Assembly: GCA_002189035.1 (NCBI GenBank)
Contig: NEEC01000012.1
Location: 2,170,001 to 2,234,000, forward strand
Direction of reading: 5' to 3'
DNA length: 64,000 nt
Source: Utricularia gibba
Taxonomy: Eukaryota > Plantae > Magnoliophyta
Shown: positions 53,501-64,000 of the stretch, piece after piece
Layout of the letters: each line of letters starts with the position of its first letter
Position numbering within the stretch: the first letter of the stretch is position 1
The notes under the pieces: generated by a model
Database searches by the model: none
Seen by the model: only the letters and a program-made list of their open reading frames with translations
Told to the model about the DNA's origin: nothing
Made by a program: the position numbers and the translations under genes

Positions 53501-56031
53501 ATCCCAAGAACTAGCCGAACTGCTATTTAATCAAATGGTGATTTTAGGGGATTTTGTTTCGCTCGTGATGAATTTTCATGTGCGCTATCACTTTCCGGGT
53601 AAATCTAGTTTGGTTGATTCTCAATATTTATCTCATCCTGCTATTTGAATTTTAGTTATCACATTTTGTTTCTTTTTCACGAGATAATTGACCTTTCAAC
53701 ATGGTTTTGATGCCTGTAAACATTACTTTTTGTACAATGTGTTTGTGGGTATTGGTCTTCTTGTGCCATTGACCGTTGAGCTGAATATATTTTGTGTAGC
53801 ATCCGTTATGGCGTAATAATGACAAGGAATACACTGATCTTGATTCCTTTTGATCTCTAAGGCACTGTATATAGTTCTAACACATGCCATGGTCTCTAAC
53901 GTTCTCCATTTCATGATGAGACTTTTTTCACTTACAAGTTCTTATGATTGTTTGCAGCTCTTGCTTATCTCGTTCCCATGACTGAATGATTAGATGTTTC
54001 TGTTTCTTTCGCTGTAGCACAATTTGTTGTGCTTTATCATAATTTGAAATGTCGGACTGTTCCTGCAATGTAATCTTGTTTTGTCTCATCACAGAGTTGA
54101 TCCTTACAGACCTCGGAATCATGAAGGCAGAAATATGTTCGGTCCAATGCTTTCATTTTTCCAGTGTCATCATCTTTTTTGTCATATGTACTGTGTGTGA
54201 AAGGATTATTGGTGATTGCAGTACACAATTCTCCTTCCCAAAAATCTCAATATTGCTCATATTCTTTAAGTTTGTTTGCAAGCCCCCTCATTGTCTCTGT
54301 AGCATGGTTGTAGGGCATTGAATATCAATCTTAATTTCCCTTTTGCATCATGAAATTTTAGGCTGCTGGTTCTAAAGCCAAGAATGAACGGAAAGCAGCT
54401 GCATCTACCACAAAAATGATGAAATACAAGAGCTCCGTGCATGTGCTTAAAGTCCTCCATATCCCATTGCGGCCTTGAATTGTAAGTTTTACTCACTGAA
54501 AATTACTCTTAGTTTTCACCTCATGACCTTAGTTTTTCTCTGGCCTCTTACCACCCCAACCTACCCAAGCCCTCTATCCTACAACTCTACCCTCAATGCA
54601 CCTTGAACTTGGGACCATCTCTCAATGGACGCTTTCTTTTCACCCTCTTGTCCTACTACATGATCGATCTCTCTCCCTGTTTTCTAAACCAGTCGATGGA
54701 CCGCATGAGACGACGTATCCATACAACACTACTGGCTCTATTCCAAGCTCTCCTTTTTGTTTACTAACCTTGGTTGGAGTTTCAATCCTCAAGTTCATCA
54801 GGGAAAATTCCGACGGCTGGTTTCAATGCATGCCTAGCGCTGAATAAGTGCCCTTGCCGTAATTGGAAATATGGAATTTATTTATCTCGGTACGTTTCAG
54901 CGTCTCCACTCTTCTCCTATTTGAATTTGTGCGTTTCATTGATGCGTTAAAATCCAGTGAAGGTGCTAGTAATATAATCGAGTTAGGCACATATGAGCAT
55001 GAAACTCTGCTGGACCACCCCCTAAACCCATTAAAGCACCTTAAAGCTATTTGAACCAGCTATGCTTATATGTGGCTTTGTATTCTCTTCCCTAACTAGT
55101 GGAACTTGGGTCAGAAAAGGTTTTGACTCAGCTGCAACTATGTGTTGTTACCCGATAGGTTCAGTTTGTGGTTGTGAATAAAAGGTTTTTTTGGGTCCAA
55201 AATCATTAATATTTGAGGTGCTTTTTTCCGCTTTAAACTCCTGTGTATTCTATCGTGTAAGCAGAACAAACAGTCGCATGTAATGTTCGCTGTGGGGCTA
55301 AAGTAGTGTGTAGTCATCTTATTCGAGGCTGCTTCTTGCATCTTAGTCAACAAACACAACACACGTACCTCTGTGTCCCACTCGTAAATTGTACAATGGG
55401 TTTTTTGCATATTAAAATACATTTAGCTATTTTCCCCCCTTTTTGTATGCGTAAAATGAGTAGGGGGAAGGCAGAGGGTGGCGTATCTCAATGGTCCAGC
55501 CAACAGTCATTAAGATACATTCCATGGTTAAAGATACTTCACTCGGGTCTGGGCATTGATGGCGTTTGTTGTCCAGGCTGTTTAGTTCAACTACTAATAA
55601 TTCATCCAAACACGAGTCTCGTTTGGCAGCAGTCAATGCTGTAGTTTTGTGCCCATTTGCAATGATGGCCCGGATTGGATGGGCTGAGACATTGCAATAT
55701 TGAAGTTGCTTGGGTCAGTTCAAAATGGGCTGTGGACCGCCACGCTGATATGTATGCATTTAGCTTTCTTCTTCCAGTTTTGAGAAACACACACTTAGGA
55801 AACCGTCACTAGAAAGAGGCCGAGGAATTAGGAGGCGTGGTGCCGAGACTGATGGCAGAGCGGCTCTAATTTCTAATATGTCCATGTTATGGGTTTGCGT
55901 TTCTTGCCCAACTAAGTTGCTTCAACACTACAATTTGCGGGATATTTTCCAACGCTTTTTTATTCACAAGTATTATTCGACACCACTCTCTTGAGTCTTG
56001 GGCTGTGGGGGAACTTTCGCGAATCGGAAGT

Positions 56032-58105
56032 ATGATGCTAACTGAAGTGGTGGTTCCATGGAAGCTCCTCCCTCTCTGCCGCTTCCCCCCTCTCCCTTAT
56101 TCCTCCTCTACTTCCACCACGCAACTTCGGTCGCATTCTCCTTTCAGGTCACTCAAACTCATGGCATCTTCTTCTTCCCCTCCCGATCAGGTATCTCTTC
56201 TAATTTTCATTGTTTTCTTTCAGTCCCTAACTTGTCTTTTTTACCCAGATTCCGGTTTCCGATGCCCAGCCTCATATCGATGTCTTTCAACTCATACAAG
56301 CTCACCAGGTTCCTATTATCAGCAAAAATTCCTGTTTTTTTAATCAAAATGTAAGCGTACTCGGCTTTTTCTCGGCAGAATAAAGCCACCAGGTTGCCTC
56401 CTCGAGATGAAATTAGGACGTTTCTCCAGTATAGCTCGCGTGGGTTTCTCTCAACTTTTTCTAAGGTGAAGACTGCTTTCGTTGTACCACTATTCCATGC
56501 CTGTATTCCTGTTAGTTTTAGTGCAAAAATAGTTTCTTTCTTCATGGGCGCCTGTTTGCTTCGTCGACCGTGAATTTCGCTCTATTTTCTTTTGTATTTG
56601 GTACTCAGGATTGCATATTTCTTGATACATGATAGCATCACTTTGCAGTTTCCTTAATGTTTTTACAGAAGTATGAGGGCTACCCTTCTGGGTCCGTTGT
56701 GGACTTTGCCTTTGATGAATCCGGGTCTCCAATATTAGCAGTCAGTGATTTGGCAATTCACACAAAGGTTTCCACTTCCTCTCAAATTTTGTATATTTGG
56801 TGCAATGAACCTGCTCATTCCTTTAAATTCGGGCGAGGCGATTCCAGGACCTTTTAGATAATCGTAAGTGCTCGTTGCTCGTTACAAAAGATCCCAGTGA
56901 TAGAACTGCTTTGATTGTTACCGTACATGGGGATGCTGTTCCTGTGAGTGACTCCCGCTTGGCTTAAATCAAAATTTGCACAGGGCTTCCGATTCCTCAC
57001 TCCTTGTCAAATGTATATACTGTCATACAGGTTACGGAATCTGAAAGAGAGAAAGTACGCGCTGTATATTTGAATAAACACCCTGGTGCATTATGGGTAC
57101 TGCTACATCTCTGTAGTCCGAATGATTTTTGATTGAAAAGTTTCTAACCTAAATCTTCATGAAGGTTGATTTCGGTGATTTCAATTTCCTCCGTATTGAG
57201 CCTAAATATATTAGATATGTTTCAGGCGTTGCCACTGCCTTTCTAGGATCAGGAGGTTGGTGTTTAATCAAAGACTAAGTTTAATTTTATACCGATCTGT
57301 TCTTTTGGTTAACATTTCTGGCTTTTTTTCAACAACGTCTTGTTGTATAAATCTGATCATTTGTACCTCTATCATGTTCTAAGCATGCATAGTATTACCC
57401 TTCACTTCTCTGAACATTTGCAGATTTCAGCTTCGAGGAAATTCGAACTGCAAAGGTGGATCACATATATCAATTTTCCAAGCCAATAGCAGTAAGGCTT
57501 ATCAGTTCCTCTGGCACGTTTTATGCAAACGCTTTAAGGTTGCTCAATGCCGAGCAACATATGTGTTTTGGAGATGGACGTTGTGAATCCAACTGATCTT
57601 GCAAATGCTATGTCCAGTCGCATATGAATAAGGACCATGCGGATGACACAAAGCTGATTGTACAGCACTCTACGTCTGTTCAGGTAACACTTCTTACAAA
57701 CTCTTCTTCCTGAATAGCTTCATTCTGCTTCTTTAAGACTCTATGTCATGTTAATTTCAAGTGTTTTTCCCCTTGTTTTTTGAACCAGGTTGAGTCTGCA
57801 GAAATCTTGGATATAGACAGCTTGGGTATCAATGTGAAGGTTTGTTTTCTTTTTCCTTTGACGTGTTTCTCTGTGTGCTCCCGAGACTCTAAATCGTGTA
57901 CTTTTCATGAAGGCTGGTATTCAAGGGAGTTCTTTCAAGCTCAGGATTCCGTTTCCGAGGCCGGCCAAGGATAGAAAGTAAGTATTTTGAAGGTCAACCG
58001 AGTTCGGAAGTAGTTGAGATATCCGAAATGCAGCAACTCTTTTGCAGGGACGTGAAGAACATAATAGTAGAAATGCTTCAAAGTGCCAAGGCTGAGAGCA
58101 CTTGA
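56032..58105 (+). CDS. HOZ: HugZ-like / pyridoxamine-5'-phosphate oxidase-related plastid protein (At3g03890/HOZ-like), 12 exons
   Basis: Transit-peptide-like N-terminus, then RLPPRDEIRT, GYPSGSVVDFA, PILAVSDLAIHTKDL, HPGALWVDFGDFNFLRIEP, SHMNKDHADDT and RIPFPRPAKDRKDVKNIIVEML. Confidence 0.85.
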
Positions 58106-58797
58106 GAGACCGTCCTCTCAATCAGGTCATTAGTGCTCCATGTTGTCCCAAAAGTAGTTGAAAAGACCTCACCTTTATACATCACTATATAAGAAAGAAG
58201 AAAAGCTTGAAACTTCAATATTGTCTTGTAAATGCTCCAGCAATCAGGCACCGAATAGTGTGGTACTCCCCACAACATGAACTTCCTTACTGTAAGGTGA
58301 AGTGCGCTGAATATTGCCAATGATTCTTAACTTCATTCAACTATAACCCTTGTCAGTCTGAACTTACATAGAATCATGTGAATGCTGAGCTGCTGGTCTT
58401 TGCCAATGATCTACAGCTTCAACTCTAGCATGTTCATGATTGCTACAGATCCATGTTGTAACTCTTTTAAATTTTTTTCTACAAGATACTGAATGAAGTT
58501 GCATGGTTCATTAAGGTAAAGCACTGGTTGCTGCAAAGTGAAGAGTAACCCACCAAGCATACTGAAATTACCTCATTTACAGTGAGTGATTCTCACATTC
58601 AACTTTAGCATATAGAAAAGCTACTAAAACCGTTTCAAATACCCGTATCTACACAAGTATGAACTTGCATCTGTATCACACAATAAGCCAAAAGCATGAA
58701 CACTGATTCACTGGATGGCGCCAGTGATTCAGCTTCAACCATAACATACGCAATCCACTTAGCTATTGAGTTCACTGTGCTTAAATTGAACCTGTTT

Positions 58798-59256
58798 TCA
58801 AGTTGAGGCGGCTGCATACTGATCACCAAGTGATAGTGCGGTGTGCGTCTTGTTTGGATAGTGAAGCACCTGATTCTTTCCCTGCTTGTTCCTTCCGTTC
58901 CCGGCGGTGAAAATAACGACACTGACAGCCACCGCCGCCATCGCGAGGGAGCAAATTGCGCTAATAGCAGGGGAACCCCACTTCCATAAGTTGAAATCTT
59001 GATTCCCCTCGCCAGATTGATCCGCGTCTCCCATTATGTCTACTTGAAAATCTCCTCCGAACTGATCAAGGATCCCTCTAGTAGATCTGGGCGACTCCAG
59101 TTTGATTTGGAGATCGTCATCCTCTGAGATCATCATCGCCGCCTCGTTCTCAGCGATTGCGTTTTCGATGAATTTGGAGGGCGGGATCTCAGAGATCTCA
59201 CCGTCAGGGAGAACCTCCCAGTCTTCTTCCAGATCAAGTTGATCTCGATCAGTCAT
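58798..59256 (-). CDS. Acidic single-pass membrane protein, DUF6821-like, with an N-terminal AIM-like motif
   Basis: MTDRDQLDLEEDWEVLPD (WxxL in an acidic context), then NLWKWGSPAISAICSLAMAAVAVSVVIF, a hydrophobic segment resembling this family. The 3' end is uncertain. Confidence 0.6.
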   Translation of the reverse strand: MTDRDQLDLEEDWEVLPDGEISEIPPSKFIENAIAENEAAMMISEDDDLQIKLESPRSTRGILDQFGGDFQVDIMGDADQSGEGNQDFNLWKWGSPAISAICSLAMAAVAVSVVIFTAGNGRNKQGKNQVLHYPNKTHTALSLGDQYAAAST

Positions 59257-61002
59257 GGCGCCGATACAATTCCAGGTACTGGGGCAAGTCGGAGATGAGC
59301 ACCGACCGGAAAACACGAATAGAAGACAAATCGATTGCAAATTGCAGCTATTTATTTATTTTTAAAAAAGGAAATGTTTCTTGCACGTAGAGGGCATAAT
59401 ACATTTTAACCAGTCTGATGTGACAAATTATTAAGTTTCTCATTTGATTAATTTGTAATTAATACATTAAATTGTAATAAGTGCCCACAACGACATTCGA
59501 GATATTGAGTCCCCCCTCCTAATAAAATCTAAATATTGAAACAAATTACATTAATATTGTGAAAAAAAAATAGCCTTTCAATCTTCTTTTAATTCTTGCA
59601 TTAAACCCCTCAAATGACAAATGCCATGAGAGAATATATATATAAGTGAATAGTAAAAATCAATAGAAAACATAACAATCATGTGAAATATCTCGTGACT
59701 CATACTTGATATTATCTGTTTTGAATATTCAATTTTTATGATTTTATATATCTACCAAATATTTTAAATATATATGTTCAAAACTTATGTACCAAATAAA
59801 CTTTAATCATAACCACATAATACATGTTTTTATAAATGCAAATAACTTGAATACATTATTAATTATACTATCTTACCAAATACAACATTAAGATTATAAT
59901 AAAAAAATATACCAATGCTATAACTACCTCTATAATATCCTGGTGTGTGCGCCCGGCCCAACCCTAAGTTTTACCTCCAATTCCAGCCCAAATAAATAAA
60001 ATGTAATTTTTATTTAAAAAAATGGAAGATAATGTGCATGCCCTTCTAAATTTGGAGTTATTTGCCAAGCTTCAGTTTGTCGCGTGTGGTGAGCCGAGCC
60101 GCCAAAGTGGGCTGGCTTCCTTCAAAATTGTATGGATCCCTCGGGTGGGTGGGGTCCAGGCCTTGTCCAGGAGATACATTCACTTTTTTCAAAGATACGC
60201 CATTTTGTTTTTCTATTCCTTTTATATATAATATTATATTTAAAAAAATTACCTTTAACATTCACTTTAAAATACTAAGGTAAAAAAATTAATGTCAAAT
60301 ATAATTAATTTTTCAAGTACTTATAATAAGGTGATCAGATTTCTAAACTTTGTTAAACATGATTAAAATTGATGAAAACCCCAATTTCTCAATTACTTCA
60401 AAATAACTCTTTAAATAAAATAATTAATCCCATAATTAATTACATTTTTTAGACAAATCAGGTAGGGAAGTACACTTCCTGGCCCCAACTATGTTCCCTC
60501 ACATGGACCCTTATAGAGTGTAATAGATGCAAATTAGGGTTTCGAATGGATTCGAGATATTTGGAATTAGGAAACTTATGTTTCGATCATGTGAAATTGA
60601 TGATTCAAAACTTATGAACCGTCGATTTCATTTTTGAATTATCTCCAAATAACTTTATCAATGTTTATGAAAACTTGAAAAAATATTTTAAAAAATAATT
60701 CGTTTTTAGGTAGTTTCAACTTTCTTAGATAACAATGATAGCTGATATGGATGTTAGAAAATTAATATCTAAAAGAACCGTAGGTTTGGAATGGCATCCA
60801 ACTGAACTCTAGCCCTTGAGATTTTTTGAATTGTTTGTAACTGGTATGGATCGTTTTTTGAACAAAGAAAGTGAGTCCCGGGCTGGGGGGCACAATGTGC
60901 TACAGAAGAGAAGAGAAACACGTTTAGGAATTAGGATCTCCCGGAGAAGGAGGGAGACGGCGGGGAGCGACAAAGTGGATAAGAGGCAGTGGGATGCGCG
61001 CT

Positions 61003-61023
61003 CGGCGGCGGCGGCGGCGGCGG
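61003..61023. repeat. (CGG)7 microsatellite
   Basis: Direct reading; a related (CGC)n tract lies at ~61268-61281. Confidence 0.9.
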
Positions 61024-62642
61024 ATGAATGCGTTTTTTTGACTTTGGTGGTGTGCATTAAGAGCAGACGTGGCGTGCAGTGTTTGCGTTGCGCAGTGTTT
61101 GTGCATCACAAGCTGCAGTGCACGCCCACATCATCTTTTGCTCAATCCCCTCCCCTCCCTCCCCTCGTCGTAAACACACAAAATAAATGCACTCGCTCGC
61201 CGGAGAAGTGCTTCTTCATCTGTTGGCTTGTATGCAGATGGACTGCGCTGCCCTGCGCTGTGTCCCCCGCCGCCGCCGCCCCTTCCTCATTCATCATCTG
61301 TGGCGTTGTGGGATTTAGCGCCGGAACTGCTGATCTAAGACGGCGCTGCGCGAAAGGCGCCTTTTCAGCCGCGGCGTGGGGATTAGTGATGGATAGATGC
61401 TCAATTTTTAAATATTAAATATTCATTTTCAAGAAAGAGAGGATGGAAATTTTAATTTTTAGTTATGTAGAATAGCAAAAGTTAAATAATATTAATGCAT
61501 AGTATAAAGTTTAAGATATTAAATTATTGTATAATTCAATATTATGGTATAAATATATTTTTAGAATACATAAAAAGTAAATAATATAATCTTTCCAATT
61601 AATCTTTTATTTAATCAATCAATCATAGATTCAGTAAATTCAATAATTTATGAAGTTATCATAAAATATAACATTTTGATTTTACTGCTAAAGGGTTTAA
61701 GATAAAAAATTAAATAGAATCAATTTAAAAAAATTATGAAAACACAACCATCACTTAATTTTGCATTTCCGTACAGTTCTTTAATTTTGCAAAATTAAAA
61801 GCTCTCATTAAAACCACTCTATCATCACGAAAGGGGAATAATAAATGAATAAAAAAATAGATGAAATTAAATTGGAAAAAGACAAGAAGACACATGTTAT
61901 TCAACCTTGAATTCCCTGTTCAAACTTGCAGAATCTCGGTTCTCGAACCGACCGCAAGAATCCTTTGCATTCAAGCCCTGAATTATGACCAAGATCCTCT
62001 GAAATATTAAAAAAAAAAAACTTTTTAGCATGTGTCGAAAATGCCCTCAGCTACGGAGGGCAGCCCGGGAATTTCACATCGGATAACCTTAGCGTTGCGC
62101 CTACGTGCGCTAGCTTCCATGTACATGCCTTAGAGTATTATTAATTAATTAATGAAATTTGGAAAACGTGGGACTGGGAGGCTGTTGTAGATCGACGGTC
62201 CAGATTGCGCGTAACGTTGTAAAGTTGTTTCCTTGTGTCACTCTGGTTTTTTGTGTTTTTTTTTTCTCTGGAAGTTGTTTTTCTGATTGGAGCATGGAGG
62301 GGGGAAGGAAAAAAGACAAAGTTGCTATAAATGAGTCTCCATTATTTGACTCCAGCTCTTTTTTTACTACTGTTCACATGCTCGTGTGGTGTGTATATAA
62401 TAGAGAGGCTACTACTTTTTTCTTTCTCCCCAATCAATGGATAGGGACTGACCAATCTGGGTGTTTTTAGTTCATAAACTGAGAGTTTTCTTCACTTGCA
62501 TCGCTTTCAAGCAACACCCACTTCGGTTTTGTTTCCGATATCAGAATAAAAAAGATCACTTTTTTGTTTCGGGGTTGTTGTTTTTGGGTCTTCAGGTGTT
62601 TTTAGAAAGCGACTTGTGGGTGGTTTTTTTCAAACTAGTGGT

Positions 62643-64000
62643 ATGACCGCAGAGAAATTGATGGATGGTTTTGAGGAATATCCTCGGTGTCTTCGTGTTC
62701 TTGCTGTGGATGATGATCCGATTTGTTTGAAGTTGTTGAAGGCTCTCCTTGAAAAATGTCAATACCAAGGTATGGCCGTTGGTTCGGTGATTGTGTTTCG
62801 AGATTCGTTTTTGGGTTTTCTTTCCTGGCTTTGTTTGAGAATATCGGAATCTTCGATGGTCTGAAGTTGGAGGTTGTAAAAAGTTGAACAATCGTTCAGT
62901 TGTGTTGTTAAATCGCACGTTCTAGTGCATTTTAGTGATGGGTAAACTATGTATTTTGACAAGCTTCTGTTTCTGTAGTTCTTGTTTTTTTCTGCAAGGA
63001 TGATAAGCCTATGTAGTGTTTGTCTTTTTGTAAATGTCTATGAAGTTGAGTTATTTACATATGTGTATGAAGTTGAAACTGCGAATCAAGCAAGAGTGGC
63101 ATTGAAGATGCTGCGAGAAAACAAGGATAGATTTGACTTGGTGATCAGTGATGTCCATATGCCAGACATGGATGGCTTTAAGCTCTTGGAACTTGTTGGC
63201 TTAGAGATGGATCTTCCTGTTATCAGTATGCTACCCTCTCCCTTCATTCGCACTCCCATCTTTCTCTCTTTCCTGCGAAGCTACAAATGTTTCAGTTCTT
63301 GATGCTCTTGATTTCACAGTGCTATCTGCAAATAGTGATCCCAAGCTGGTGCTTAAAGGAGTTACCCACGGTGCATGTGATTATCTGGTTAAACCAGTCC
63401 GAATCGAGGAGCTGCGCAACATATGGCAACATGTGATCCGAAGAAGGAAGCTTGATCCAAGAGCCACCAGACCAGGCTCAGTGATCAAGCTAAAGCAGTT
63501 CAGCAAAATGGCGGTGCCCATTCCTTTGTCCATGAAAACCAGGATGTGAGCGTTAACCGCAAGCGGAAAGATGATGATGATGACTCCGAAGGTGATGATC
63601 CTGCATCCCAGAAGAAGCCTCGGGTCGTCTGGTCGATGGTCCTTCATAGGAAGTTCGTTGCAGCAGTGAACCAATTGGGATATGACAGTAAACACTTCTT
63701 CTCATTGCTTCATTTGCTATGCATTTACTGCAGCATTTCTGTTGTGTAACTCCTCCATTTGTTCCCAATGCAGAAGCTGTTCCTAAGAGGATTCTTGACT
63801 TGATGAACGTTGAAGGTCTTACACGTGAAAATGTAGCCAGCCATCTTCAGGCACTCACCTTGTCCATTCCTCGATTAGCTGCCATTCTTTCTTGCGTTTC
63901 TTCTTCTTGATCATTCGTGTTTGATGTTGCAGAAGTATAGACTCTACCTGAAACGAATCAACTCAGATGCAAAGCAAGCTGCAGCTCTGAATCCTCATTG
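62643..64000 (+). CDS. Type-B response regulator (ARR12/ARR10-like), 5' part; frameshift near 63457; truncated by the window end
   Basis: Receiver domain [27 protein letters not shown] and [13 protein letters not shown]/Myb domain [48 protein letters not shown]|KYRLYLKR. Confidence 0.92.

Noticed and set aside
54413-54500. Box C (ATGATGA) ... box D (CTGA) spacing suggestive of a C/D snoRNA
   Set aside because: No terminal stem and no rRNA-complementary guide that I can recognise; it needs a snoscan/Infernal search.

Overview
Gene-dense nuclear DNA from a compact eudicot genome, with short (mostly ~80-120 nt) introns and AT-rich spacers. The species cannot be determined from the sequence. I can build 17 protein-coding genes by hand: DnaJ (partial), GDSL lipase, NFD5-like PPR, DP transcription factor (DPB-like), PPR596-like PPR, peroxisomal-type SDR, GH51 alpha-L-arabinofuranosidase, calmodulin, UUAT1-like sugar transporter, villin 2/3, exosome RRP43, EFR3-like, SMUBP-2/IGHMBP2 helicase, MCTP/FTIP3-like, HugZ-like HOZ, a DUF6821-like membrane protein and a type-B ARR (partial). 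There are also two Tourist-like MITEs and several microsatellites. I found no tRNA, rRNA or CRISPR features. The best finding is a 100-nt/93-nt tandem duplication at the 3' end of the DP gene. It creates a GT...AG intron whose removal restores the conserved LPGI C-terminus, making it a candidate intron gain by tandem duplication. Other notable items: Gln in place of the GH51 acid/base Glu; four clear and one ambiguous GC-AG introns; an 11-nt villin microexon; and five single-base indels in G/C runs that frameshift otherwise intact genes, probably consensus errors. Several GC-rich islands remain unexplained.
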